Shown: in pieces, positions 45,268 to 54,317 of the stretch
Layout of the letters: every line of letters begins with the position of its first letter
How positions within the stretch are numbered: the stretch's first letter is position 1
Source of the DNA: a bacterium
GTDB taxonomy: Bacteria > UBA8248
DNA: 64,000 nucleotides
Assembly (NCBI GenBank): GCA_965261085.1
Contig: OZ253442.1
Location: 1,952,001 to 2,016,000 of the forward strand
Direction: 5' to 3'
Position numbers and translations under genes: made by a program
The notes under the pieces: generated by a model
The model's input: the letters and a program-made list of their open reading frames with translations, nothing else
Told to the model about the DNA's origin: nothing
Databases searched by the model: none

Positions 45268-47405
45268 GCCGCTCCCACGCCGTGAGCGCCCGTCGGCCTG
45301 CCTGCGCGCTCGTCGCGCTCGAAGACTTGCGATCGAAAGCGCATCACCAGATTCCCGTACCTGTCCACCCGGGCTTCCTGCCTGGGGAAGATCGCCGTGG
45401 TGCTGCCGAAACTTTCCACGACAGCGGGCCCCGGGATGTAGTTACCCTCCCGAAGCCTCTCCCGGTAGTAGACCGGCGTATCGTGAAATCCGCCCAGCTC
45501 CTTGAACCAGACGAGGCGCGCGCCCTTGTAGGCCTCCTCGGGGTTGTCATTCCCTGCAGGAATCAGGGGCAGGTTGGGCGGCTCCGTCATGCCGACGCCC
45601 GTGACGCGCAGATGCACGATTTCGACCGGACGGCTCCCCTTGTGATTGTAGGTGTAGCGGCGCTGATAGAGCATGTGGAAGCGCTCGAAAACTTCCGCCA
45701 GAACCGGCGGGGTGAGGTAGCCCCCGGGCACGTCGACTTCGATCTCGGTGGCCTCTCCCTGGTAGCGCATCTCTGCGGTGCGCCGCATCATCCGCCGGTG
45801 GGCAGGGATGCCCTCGTTTTCGAGGCCCGCCGCCGCCTGGGCTTCGAGCTTCTCATACGCATCGCCCAGGACTTCCAGGTTGACGTTCTCTTCTGATTGG
45901 TAATGCGCCGCCGCGTGGTCGTTCACGAGGTCGACGACCTCCAGCCCGAAGGCGCTCGTCATGCCCGCGAAGGGCGGCACGATGACGGTGTCGATTTCGA
46001 GCAGTTCGGCTACGAGGCCGGCTGTTAGAGGGCCTGAGCCGCCGAAGGCCATCAGGGCGAAGTTTTTGGGAGAAATGCCCCTTTGCACCGTCGCGCGCCG
46101 CACGGCGTGGGTCTGGTTCCATGCGGCGATTTCCACCACGCCCGAGGCCATCTCGTGGGGGTTCATGTCGAACCCGCGCGCAAGCTCGCGCATGGCCTTC
46201 ATGGCGAGCGCCTTGTTGAGCTTCACCTCACCCCCCGCCAGATGGAGCGGACTGCGGGCGAGAAGCAGGTTCGCGTCGGTGAGGGTGGGATCCTCCCCTC
46301 CCTTTCCGTAGCAGATGGGGCCCGGGTCCGCGCCTGCGCTCCTGGGACCTACGCGCAGCCTCCCCTCGGGGCTTCGCCATGCGATGGAGCCGCCCCCCGT
46401 GCCGATGGTGACGACGTCGATCATCGGCATCCTCAAGAGAAACTCATCGAGTTGGTGCCGGGTGGCGCGCTTGGCCTCGCCGCCCTCGATGACGGCGATG
46501 TCCGTGGAGGTGCCGCCCCCGTCCAGGGTGATGAGCTGTTCGTGTCCGGAGAGTTTTCCCAGGTAGGCGGCGGAAAGGGCGCCTGCGGCGGGACCCGAGA
46601 GCACGGTGCCTATCGGCCGCTTGGCGATTTCACGCGCGGTGGAAACCCCGCCGTTGCTTTTCATGATCATAAAGGGCGCGCCGCCCAGGGTTTCTTCGAT
46701 TTTCTTCGAGGCGCTCTCGATGTACGCCTTGATGCGCGGCTTGATGCACGCATCGAGCAGGGTGGTGATGGCGCGTTCGTACTCGCCGGGTTCGGGGATC
46801 ACCTCGCTCGATATGCTCACGAAACATTCCGGGTATTCGCGCTCGAAGGCCTCTAAAATGATGCGCTCGTGCGCCGGGTTTGCGTAAGCGTGCAGTAGGC
46901 AGACGCCCACGGAGCCGATCCCTTGGGCCTTGAACCATTTGGCGAGCTTTATCGCGTCTCCTTCATTGATGGGTTCGAGAACCTCGCCTGATGCGGAGAT
47001 TCTCTCTTTCGCCTCCCGGATACGCTCGGGGGGGACCAGCGCGTCGCGGGGTTTCTGGAGCAGGGAGGCGGCGTAGTGGGCTTTCGCCTTGCCGTTCGCA
47101 CCCCCGATTTCGAGCAGGTGGCGGAACCCGCCCGTGACGATGAAGCCCATATCCTCGAAACGGCGCTCCAGGATGGCGTTCGTCGCCACAGTCGTGCCGT
47201 GGAACACGCCGTTCACCATGGCGGGGCGAATCTTGGTTTCAGACAGAATTTTCTTGATGCCCTGGATCAAGCCCTCGCTGAAGTCTGCGGGCGTCGTCGG
47301 CGTCTTGGTGGTGAAGACCTCGCCCGTGTCCGAGCGCACGCCGACCACGTCGGTGAACGTGCCGCCCGTATCGATGCCGATGCGAAGTCCGCGTTTGGAA
47401 GTCAT
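45258..47405 (-). CDS. Hydantoinase A / oxoprolinase family ATP-binding subunit
   Basis: IDTGGTFTD, HGTTVATNA, SGPAAG, D.GGTSTD and GPRSAGADPGP motifs. Confidence 0.92.
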   Translation of the reverse strand: MTSKRGLRIGIDTGGTFTDVVGVRSDTGEVFTTKTPTTPADFSEGLIQGIKKILSETKIRPAMVNGVFHGTTVATNAILERRFEDMGFIVTGGFRHLLEIGGANGKAKAHYAASLLQKPRDALVPPERIREAKERISASGEVLEPINEGDAIKLAKWFKAQGIGSVGVCLLHAYANPAHERIILEAFEREYPECFVSISSEVIPEPGEYERAITTLLDACIKPRIKAYIESASKKIEETLGGAPFMIMKSNGGVSTAREIAKRPIGTVLSGPAAGALSAAYLGKLSGHEQLITLDGGGTSTDIAVIEGGEAKRATRHQLDEFLLRMPMIDVVTIGTGGGSIAWRSPEGRLRVGPRSAGADPGPICYGKGGEDPTLTDANLLLARSPLHLAGGEVKLNKALAMKAMRELARGFDMNPHEMASGVVEIAAWNQTHAVRRATVQRGISPKNFALMAFGGSGPLTAGLVAELLEIDTVIVPPFAGMTSAFGLEVVDLVNDHAAAHYQSEENVNLEVLGDAYEKLEAQAAAGLENEGIPAHRRMMRRTAEMRYQGEATEIEVDVPGGYLTPPVLAEVFERFHMLYQRRYTYNHKGSRPVEIVHLRVTGVGMTEPPNLPLIPAGNDNPEEAYKGARLVWFKELGGFHDTPVYYRERLREGNYIPGPAVVESFGSTTAIFPRQEARVDRYGNLVMRFRSQVFERDERAGRPTGAHGVGAAWR

Positions 47406-47421
47406 GGTGTTAAGGTCTCAC

Positions 47422-47844
47422 CTAGCGGGTGAACAGGAATGCGGCCAGAGCGGCGCAGAGCAGTCCGCCCATCTTGGCGGGCGTGAACCCCTCGCCCAGA
47501 AAGAGCGCCGCCAGCACCGCCGTGATGCCGGGATACAGCGCCGAAAGCGCCACCACGCCCGCCGTCTGGCCCTCGGCCTTCGACAGCGCCAGCACCAAAA
47601 AGAGCATGGCCAGCAGGGTGGCCAGCGTGGCGACCACGGGCAGCCACATGATGTCCGCGCGCATCGGCGGCAGGGGGAACTGCCTGCTCGCCACGGCGAT
47701 GACGACGACGACCGCGGTGGTCACGCCCATTCCCATCAGGTGGGGCATGGCGCCCAGGCGTTCCTGGCCCAGCTTCATGAAAAATCCCCAGACGCCGAAA
47801 CACAAGACGGCGAGAAGGGTGAGGCTCAAGGCGGTCGTATTCAT
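47422..47844 (-). CDS. EamA/DMT half-size transporter
   Basis: About five hydrophobic helices; ALYP.IT..LA..FLGE motif. Confidence 0.8.
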   Translation of the reverse strand: MNTTALSLTLLAVLCFGVWGFFMKLGQERLGAMPHLMGMGVTTAVVVVIAVASRQFPLPPMRADIMWLPVVATLATLLAMLFLVLALSKAEGQTAGVVALSALYPGITAVLAALFLGEGFTPAKMGGLLCAALAAFLFTR

Positions 47845-48099
47845 CGTCAAGTCCCCCAAAAATGTTTTCCGGGCGCGGCGGGCCGTTTGCCCGAGAAGGT
47901 GGTTTTCCGGTCAACTCACCGCAAAGCGGCTTTATACAGCAAGATAGGGACGAGGAAAAGATGAGGATTTCGTGATTTCAAGAAAACCGCCGCGAAAAAA
48001 GCGCAGGCATCGCGATATGGCCCCGGGTTCGCACGGCGGGGCAGGTAGGTGTTTCGCGTTTGCCTCGCGTTTTGGTAGATTCCCGGTGTCGATGGAGCG

Positions 48100-48990
48100 A
48101 TGAATTTTACACCAAGCACTATAGGTGATTCCGTGCAGATAACATCCCATGTGCATTGCCTCTGGCTGGAATTCGAGATCAAGACGCCCACAGGTGAACG
48201 AATCCCCCGGTTCGTGACTTCCTATATCCTTGCGGGCGAGACGCTCACCGTAATCGATACGGGCGTGGCCTCCACTGCATCCGAGATATTCGATTACATC
48301 GAATCCATCGGCCGAAAGCCGGAAGAAATTGCGCACGTCCTGCTCACGCATTCTCATTTCGACCACATCGGCGGCAACGGCCTGATTGCGACGCGGGCGG
48401 GGCCGAAGTTCCTTGGACCCGAAGCGGAGAGGCGGATGATTGAGGATTTGGACTATCAGCACGACGTTCGTCCGGTGGGCAGAATGCGCGATGCGGTATC
48501 GGGCCCCGTGAAGCTCGCCGGTTTTCTCACCGGGGGCGATGAGATATCGCCGGGAGGCGTACCCGTCCGGGTGATTCATACGCCGGGGCATTCTGCGGGG
48601 AGCCTCTCTTTCTTCATGCCCGAGGACGGCGCGCTCATCTGCGGGGACGTGCTGCCCGAACCCGGCACGCTGCCGATTTATGAGAGCGTGGCGGACACAT
48701 TGGCGAGCCTTGAGAAGCTGAAGGCTCTTGAAGGGGTGAACGTCCTGCTCTCCGCCATGAGCCGGGCAGTCTCGCGCGATGAGGCGGTTCCCAACCACAT
48801 CGAGAGCGGGGCGGGTTATTTGAGAGAGATCGACGGGCTGATCCGTGAGGTTTTATCCCAAAAAGGCGGCGACGTTTCACCCCAAGATGCGGCGGAGTTC
48901 GTTTACGAACGCCTGGGTCTCCCGCGCGCCGGCCTGATTCCCATCGTATTGCGCAGCATGAAGGCCCATATTGAGGCGGGGCCGATTTGA
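48100..48990 (+). CDS. Metallo-beta-lactamase fold hydrolase
   Basis: THSHFDHIGG, HTPGHS and GD motifs. Confidence 0.88.
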   Translation: MNFTPSTIGDSVQITSHVHCLWLEFEIKTPTGERIPRFVTSYILAGETLTVIDTGVASTASEIFDYIESIGRKPEEIAHVLLTHSHFDHIGGNGLIATRAGPKFLGPEAERRMIEDLDYQHDVRPVGRMRDAVSGPVKLAGFLTGGDEISPGGVPVRVIHTPGHSAGSLSFFMPEDGALICGDVLPEPGTLPIYESVADTLASLEKLKALEGVNVLLSAMSRAVSRDEAVPNHIESGAGYLREIDGLIREVLSQKGGDVSPQDAAEFVYERLGLPRAGLIPIVLRSMKAHIEAGPI

Positions 48991-49035
48991 TACGAAGAGA
49001 TTTCTTCCGACCATTTGCGAAACGAGGAGCCGGTT

Positions 49036-50325
49036 TTGAGCCTGCATCTGTATTCAAAAAGTTTTGAAGCGCCGCTCGGCGATAAGGGAAAAGATGACCT
49101 CTGGCGCGAGAAAAAAGATCTTCTGGACGACCCCGCACAGTGCGCGGAACTGATAGCGGGGTATCAGGCGGGGCCGGGAGAGCCCTGGTTCGCCACCGAG
49201 CGCGCAGACGTTGCGGGCATGGAGGCGAAACTCGGAGCCGCGCAGGGCAAGGAGCACGTCGTCGTGGTCGGAAACGGGGGGTCGATACGAAACGTCTGGG
49301 CGCTCTATCTGGCGCTTTCAGGGCGGGGATTTTCCAGAAAACTGCACCTGCTCGACGGCACGGACATGAGTGGATTGTTTGGAGAACTGCTGCGCGGAGA
49401 CGGCGCGTTTGATCCAGAGAACACGCTCGTCGTTCCGGTGAGCAAATCCGGTAACACCGAAAACGTGATTCAGGAAACAGCCCTTTTGATGGAGCGCGGC
49501 TATCCGGCCCTGGCGATTACCTCCTCGGGCCCGAGCAAGCTGGCCGAGATGGTCGCCGAAGCACGGCTCGACACCTTTCCGCATCCGGACGACGTGGGCG
49601 GGCGTTTCACCGCCGCCCAGAACAACGCGCTCCTGCCCTTGGCCATGCTGCACGGGAATACGGCGCTGGCGGGGGAGATAGATGCCGCCTTCGCCGCCGC
49701 TCACGGAAAACTCGGAGCCGTAGTACCCCTAAGCGAGAACATGGCGAAACACCTGGCGCTCGAACTCTGGCGGGCGGAGAACGCCGGTTACACGGAGGTT
49801 TTCATGCCGATTTACGCCCATGCGCTCTCAGGCTTAGGTGAACTCATCGTGCAACTCGTTCATGAGAGCTACTGCAAGGGCGGGCGCGGGCAGACGATTC
49901 TCTGGGCGGGCGCGCCCGAGAGCCAGCACCATACGAACCAGAGATATTTCGGTGGCCGTGAGAACATCGTGGGCTTATCAATATGCGTCGGGAACTTTCA
50001 GGAGGATGCACGCCTGGCGGGCGGGGTCACCTGCACGGAATTTCTCCAGATGGAGCACGCGGGCGTCGTGGCGGAAGCCGAGAGCAGGGGAACGCCCCAC
50101 ATGGTGCTCACCCTCGATTCGTTGGCCGCCGCCGAGGTTTGCGGTCTCATCGCGCTCTGGCAGTGGGTGGCCGTATACGGCGGTCTGCTGCGCGGGGTGA
50201 ATCCCTTCGATCAGCCTGCGGTGGAGGGAAGCAAGGGGGCCACGCTCGAGATGTTCGAGAGTTTCGGGGACGAAACGAAGCGAAGTCTCGCCCGGTTTGT
50301 TCGGGATGCGGGGTATTCGCTGTAG
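49036..50325 (+). CDS. pgi: Glucose-6-phosphate isomerase-like protein
   Basis: VVVGNGGS, SKSGNT.E, VGGRF and NPFDQPAVE.SK motifs; start uncertain. Confidence 0.7.
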   Translation: MSLHLYSKSFEAPLGDKGKDDLWREKKDLLDDPAQCAELIAGYQAGPGEPWFATERADVAGMEAKLGAAQGKEHVVVVGNGGSIRNVWALYLALSGRGFSRKLHLLDGTDMSGLFGELLRGDGAFDPENTLVVPVSKSGNTENVIQETALLMERGYPALAITSSGPSKLAEMVAEARLDTFPHPDDVGGRFTAAQNNALLPLAMLHGNTALAGEIDAAFAAAHGKLGAVVPLSENMAKHLALELWRAENAGYTEVFMPIYAHALSGLGELIVQLVHESYCKGGRGQTILWAGAPESQHHTNQRYFGGRENIVGLSICVGNFQEDARLAGGVTCTEFLQMEHAGVVAEAESRGTPHMVLTLDSLAAAEVCGLIALWQWVAVYGGLLRGVNPFDQPAVEGSKGATLEMFESFGDETKRSLARFVRDAGYSL

Positions 50326-50441
50326 GACCCGAGTTTCAGTATCTGTCATTCCGGCGCATGCGCGGTTTTGTAAATTACTCCCCCTTGAGGGTCAATCCCG
50401 ATTGAAGAATGAGGGATTGTCGCAGAAGCCGAGCCCTTTGG

Positions 50442-50727
50442 GGGGCTGTTGAAAAAGTTATGATTTCGTGATTCGGCGTATGGAGCCGACTGGGGAGGTA
50501 GGAGACATGACTCCCCCCTTGAGGGGGAGTCGCAGAAGCCGAGCGTTTTTTGCGCGAAGGCTGATGCGGTGAGGGGTATGCTTCTAAAATAAAAGCTCCC
50601 CCCACCGGCGCGGCTTCGGACTCTGTCCTCGCCTTGCCGACTCCCCCTCAAGGGGGGAGTCATTTCATAAGCATATGTCGATTGAGAAATTCATTCCCTG
50701 TTTTTGGGGGACTTTTTCAACAGCCCC
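50442..50727. mobile_element. IS1182-like MITE
   Basis: Perfect IRs GGGGCTGTTGAAAAAGT / ACTTTTTCAACAGCCCC; flanking direct repeat CTTTGG (or TTTG); no transposase. Confidence 0.8.
50508..50662. repeat. Complete family A repeat nested inside the MITE
   Basis: TGACTCCCCCCTTGAGGGGGAGTCG ... CGACTCCCCCTCAAGGGGGGAGTCA; inverted relative to 6301-6497. Confidence 0.85.
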
Positions 50728-51064
50728 CTTTGGGCGAAGGCTGATGCGGTGGGGGGGCAATCGCGACCGAAGAGGGAGCGATTGCTTAGGGATGAAAAAA
50801 ATAACGGGCGGACATAAGGGTCCGCTTTCACAAAAAGCGCAGCCCCTCCTTTCTCAGTCGGTCGGGGAATCCCTCCTTTATCAGTTGGAATTCACCCCCC
50901 ACCGGCTCGTTTGCGGGCTTCGCCCTTACCTCACCGACGGACTTTCCCCTCGGAAAGCCCGACCCTCAAGGGGGGAGTGTTCCCACACCTGCATGAGGGG
51001 GAGTGATTTTGAATATCTCAAGGGGTTAATCCCTCAGCCTCGGTTGGAAATATCCCCCTCTCTA

Positions 51065-52033
51065 CTACCTACGCAACAAATTTTCTTGCACCGATTCCGT
51101 CTCCCGCTTCGGGGCCTTGAGCGGCAGGCCGAGCACGCGGGCCGGGTTTTTGTGCAGCATCGTCTCTATCTCGCTGGGTTTGATGCCGTTTTCCAGCATG
51201 AGCTGAACGAACACGCGCAGGCCCTCCCAGGGGGGCGCGTTGTGCAGTTGGCCGAGATCCGTCGATAGAATCGTGCGCGCGGGGCCTACCGCCTTCACCA
51301 TCTTCGCCTGCTCCTTCACGGAGATGGGCGGGGCGCTCTTATCCGTAGGGTATGCGCCCCAGTGGGTGAAGCAGAAGATCGCCAGATGCTCGATGTACGC
51401 CCCCATTTTTGCGAATTCCACCTGCTGTTCAATGGATGCGTCCACGATGTATTCGGGATGCTGCACGATGATGTGCTTCACTCCTTCTTCTTTCGCGAGG
51501 GGGATTAAGGCGCGCACCTCATCCACGCTCAGGTGTCCCGTGCTCAGGCAGATTCCCGCATCGGCGATGAGTTTGCAGATGGTTCTGACTTCCGCGTGTA
51601 TTTTGGCGCGCTTCTCGTCGGAGAAGATGGTGAGGCCCTTCTCTTGGAGCTTCACGCCTTGTACCTGCTTCATGCCCGGAAAATGCGGCGCGCCCAGTTT
51701 TTCCAAGTGGTTCAGCGCGTTGATGGTGGGCATCCACACCATCTTCGCCCCCATCTTGATGGCGGTGTCCACCGCGAAGGGGTTGAAACCGCCCACCGGG
51801 CTGTTGAGCGTAATGCCCCCGTAGATTTCGATGGCGTCGCCCATCACCTCGCGCACGATGGGGATGCGGCCCGACGTATCGCCGTGGTGAAACTTGAACA
51901 CAACGCCGCGCATCCCTGCCGAAGCCGCCCCGCGCGCGCACTCGATGTGGTCGCAGACGCGCGGGAACAGGCTGGGCGATGCGTGGATGTGGGTGTCGAT
52001 TGCGCCGTGCAGCAGCCTCTGGTCTTCTCTCAT
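51065..52033 (-). CDS. Amidohydrolase-like metalloprotein (DUF6282-type)
   Basis: ID.HIHASP, VWMPT, STGHLS and LSTDLGQ motifs. Confidence 0.75.
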   Translation of the reverse strand: MREDQRLLHGAIDTHIHASPSLFPRVCDHIECARGAASAGMRGVVFKFHHGDTSGRIPIVREVMGDAIEIYGGITLNSPVGGFNPFAVDTAIKMGAKMVWMPTINALNHLEKLGAPHFPGMKQVQGVKLQEKGLTIFSDEKRAKIHAEVRTICKLIADAGICLSTGHLSVDEVRALIPLAKEEGVKHIIVQHPEYIVDASIEQQVEFAKMGAYIEHLAIFCFTHWGAYPTDKSAPPISVKEQAKMVKAVGPARTILSTDLGQLHNAPPWEGLRVFVQLMLENGIKPSEIETMLHKNPARVLGLPLKAPKRETESVQENLLRR

Positions 52034-52228
52034 GCTTGTACTCTCCAGTTTTCATGTGGAATAAGACGGCCTCAAGGCTACAGAATCGCCGCCCTTCGGG
52101 CAACGCGAATCCCTCTTTCACCCCACCCGGCGTTGCGGCTATAGTATCGCCGCACCCACCGGAATGAACGAGCGCAGGACGGCGATAAAAATTTTGATGA
52201 AACGATTGTGTGAAAGGAGCAGTGCAGA

Positions 52229-53038
52229 ATGAAAATCGGTTATGTGGTCGCAACGCCCGACGTGACGACGCCGCTCATGCCCGCGGTGCGCGGCGCGTTC
52301 CGGGACAATCTCACTTTTTTGGCGGATTTGGGCTTTGACGGCGTGGAACTCGCGATTCGCGACACCGCCGCTTTCGATAAGGACGAACTGCGCCGCACGC
52401 TCAAGAAATCGGGACTGGAAGTCTCCCTCATCGGCACGGCGCCGATTTCCTATCAGGACGAGATTGAACTCTGCCACCCCGACGCGGATGCGCGCGCCAA
52501 GGCCCTGGAGCGCCTTTTCGGGCACATCGATTTCGCGGGCGAGTTGGGTTGTCCGGTGAACATCGGCCGCTTCCGGGGGAATCTGCTGGAAGACGAGCGA
52601 AGAGGGGAGTCCGAAGCCTGGATGTGGGATTCGCTCCGTGCGGGTGCGGACAGGGCAGGGGAGCGCGGCATACGCATGCTCTTCGAGCCGCACCACCGCT
52701 TCAACACGAACTTCGTGCGCTCCACCCAAGATGGCCTCGCGTTTCTCGACGAAATGAACCACGAGGCGATGGGTTTTCTGATCGACAGCTTTCACATGAA
52801 CATCGAGGACGCCTCCTTCGCGGGATCGATCCGCGAGGCGGGCGCGCGGATCGATTACTTTCACATAGCAGACAACACGCGCACCTACCCGGGTTCGGGC
52901 CATATTCCCTTTGGTGAGATCATCGCCGCGCTAAAAGAGGTGGGCTATGGGGGCTATCTCTCCGCCCAGCTCGCCCAGAAGCCCGACTTCGAGACGGCGG
53001 CGACCAGAACGATGGAATATCTTAAGGCGCGCCTGTGA
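52229..53038 (+). CDS. Sugar phosphate isomerase/epimerase (AP endonuclease 2 / IolO-like TIM barrel)
   Basis: GFDGVEL, D.FHMNIED and HIADN.R.YPGSGH motifs. Confidence 0.85.
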   Translation: MKIGYVVATPDVTTPLMPAVRGAFRDNLTFLADLGFDGVELAIRDTAAFDKDELRRTLKKSGLEVSLIGTAPISYQDEIELCHPDADARAKALERLFGHIDFAGELGCPVNIGRFRGNLLEDERRGESEAWMWDSLRAGADRAGERGIRMLFEPHHRFNTNFVRSTQDGLAFLDEMNHEAMGFLIDSFHMNIEDASFAGSIREAGARIDYFHIADNTRTYPGSGHIPFGEIIAALKEVGYGGYLSAQLAQKPDFETAATRTMEYLKARL

Positions 53039-53060
53039 TTCTCGTGATTTCGGAGGTGAG

Positions 53061-53831
53061 ATGATGATAGAGCAATTCAGGATGGATGGCCGCGTCGCCC
53101 TCGTGACGGGCGGCACGTCGGGCATCGGCCTGGCGATAGGCAAGGCGCTTGCGGGGGCGGGGGCGCGGGTCGTGCTCTCGGGCCGCTCTGCCGAGCGCGG
53201 CGACGAGGCGCTGGAGGCCTTTCGGGCGGATAATCTGGATGCTGATTTCCTCTCTTGCGACGTGGCGGACTCAAGGGAGGTTTCCGCGATGGTGAGGGAG
53301 GTGGTCTCAGTCCACGGGGGGCTGAACGTTCTGGTGAACAGTGCTGCGATCAACATCGTGAAGCCGGCCCTCGACCACACGCCGGAGGATCTGGACGCGC
53401 TCCTGGCCTCGAACGTGCGCGGGGCGTTTCTGTGCGCGCAAGAGGCCGCCAGGGCGATGGTCGCTCAGGGAGGCGGCGGAAAAATCGTTCTCTTGACCTC
53501 CATGGTGGCCGAGCGCGCGGTGCCGAACCAGTCCGCCTACATCGCCACCAAGGGCGCGGTCGTCTCCTTGACGCGCGCGCTGGCGCTCGAGTGGGCGCCG
53601 CACGGGATTCAGGTGAACGCCCTGGGGCCGCAACTCACAAAAACGCCGATGACGGGCGGCTTGTTCGCCAATCCCGATAAAATGGCGGAAGTCTTCGCGC
53701 GAACGCCTGCGGGACGCGCGGGCTTGCCCGAGGATTTGACGGGAGCCGCACTCTTCCTGTGCTCTTCCGCTTCCGATTATCTCACCGGACAGCACATCAT
53801 AGTGGACGGCGGCCGCGCCGCCGCCGGGTGA
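53061..53831 (+). CDS. Short-chain dehydrogenase/reductase
   Basis: TGGTSGIG and YIATK motifs; GGAGG RBS. Confidence 0.9.
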   Translation: MMIEQFRMDGRVALVTGGTSGIGLAIGKALAGAGARVVLSGRSAERGDEALEAFRADNLDADFLSCDVADSREVSAMVREVVSVHGGLNVLVNSAAINIVKPALDHTPEDLDALLASNVRGAFLCAQEAARAMVAQGGGGKIVLLTSMVAERAVPNQSAYIATKGAVVSLTRALALEWAPHGIQVNALGPQLTKTPMTGGLFANPDKMAEVFARTPAGRAGLPEDLTGAALFLCSSASDYLTGQHIIVDGGRAAAG

Positions 53832-53915
53832 TATTGATGTGCCACGATTTTTGAGCGGACGACACACCCTTATAGCTTTCGCCCTTAACCCCTTTGCCCG
53901 TGTGGAGTTGCGTCT

Positions 53916-54149
53916 TCATTTTGGGGTTGGTGTGCGGGAGGATTGCAACTGCCCGGTAAGGAATTTGAGATCTCGCGCCGTGAGGTCCACCCTCTCCTCT
54001 ACTTTCTTCATGCGATCTTCAATTCCCACAAGTATGCCGTCAATTCTCCCGAGTTTTTCGCGGATGCCGCCCATTTCGCCGTAGACGAACGCGAAGGCCG
54101 CCAGAGTCGTGAGCACGACGCCCAGAAAGCCGATCCAAGTGTCTTTCAT
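53916..54149 (-). CDS. Small single-TM coiled-coil protein
   Basis: GGAGG RBS; WIGFLGVVLTTLAAFAFVY followed by a heptad-like LGRIDGILVGIEDRMKKVEERV. Confidence 0.6.
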   Translation of the reverse strand: MKDTWIGFLGVVLTTLAAFAFVYGEMGGIREKLGRIDGILVGIEDRMKKVEERVDLTARDLKFLTGQLQSSRTPTPK

Positions 54150-54317
54150 TCTGAATCCTCCCTGGGTCCTTGCGTTTGTGTCCACCCTCGCGTGAATCGA
54201 AAACAATATCGCAATTCGAGCCGCAACGGTCAACAGACCGCCTTAGAGGAGTTGATTCGCACCCGAACGCTCGTTGTCACTACCGCGGCTGGAAATATGC
54301 GTTCGCCCCCGCTTCGC

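Larger units (their letters stand above)
50376..50978. repeat. Outer family A repeat, interrupted by a MITE and several mini-hairpins
   Basis: ACTCCCCCTTGAGGG ... GACCCTCAAGGGGGAGTG ends; internal GCCGAGC and GCGAAGGCTGATGCGGTGGGGGG blocks are split by the insertion at 50441. Confidence 0.75.

Noticed and set aside
50346-51268. ORFs 50346-50663, 50375-50605 and 50675-51268
   Set aside because: They derive from nested repeats or the MITE, or are antisense to a real gene.
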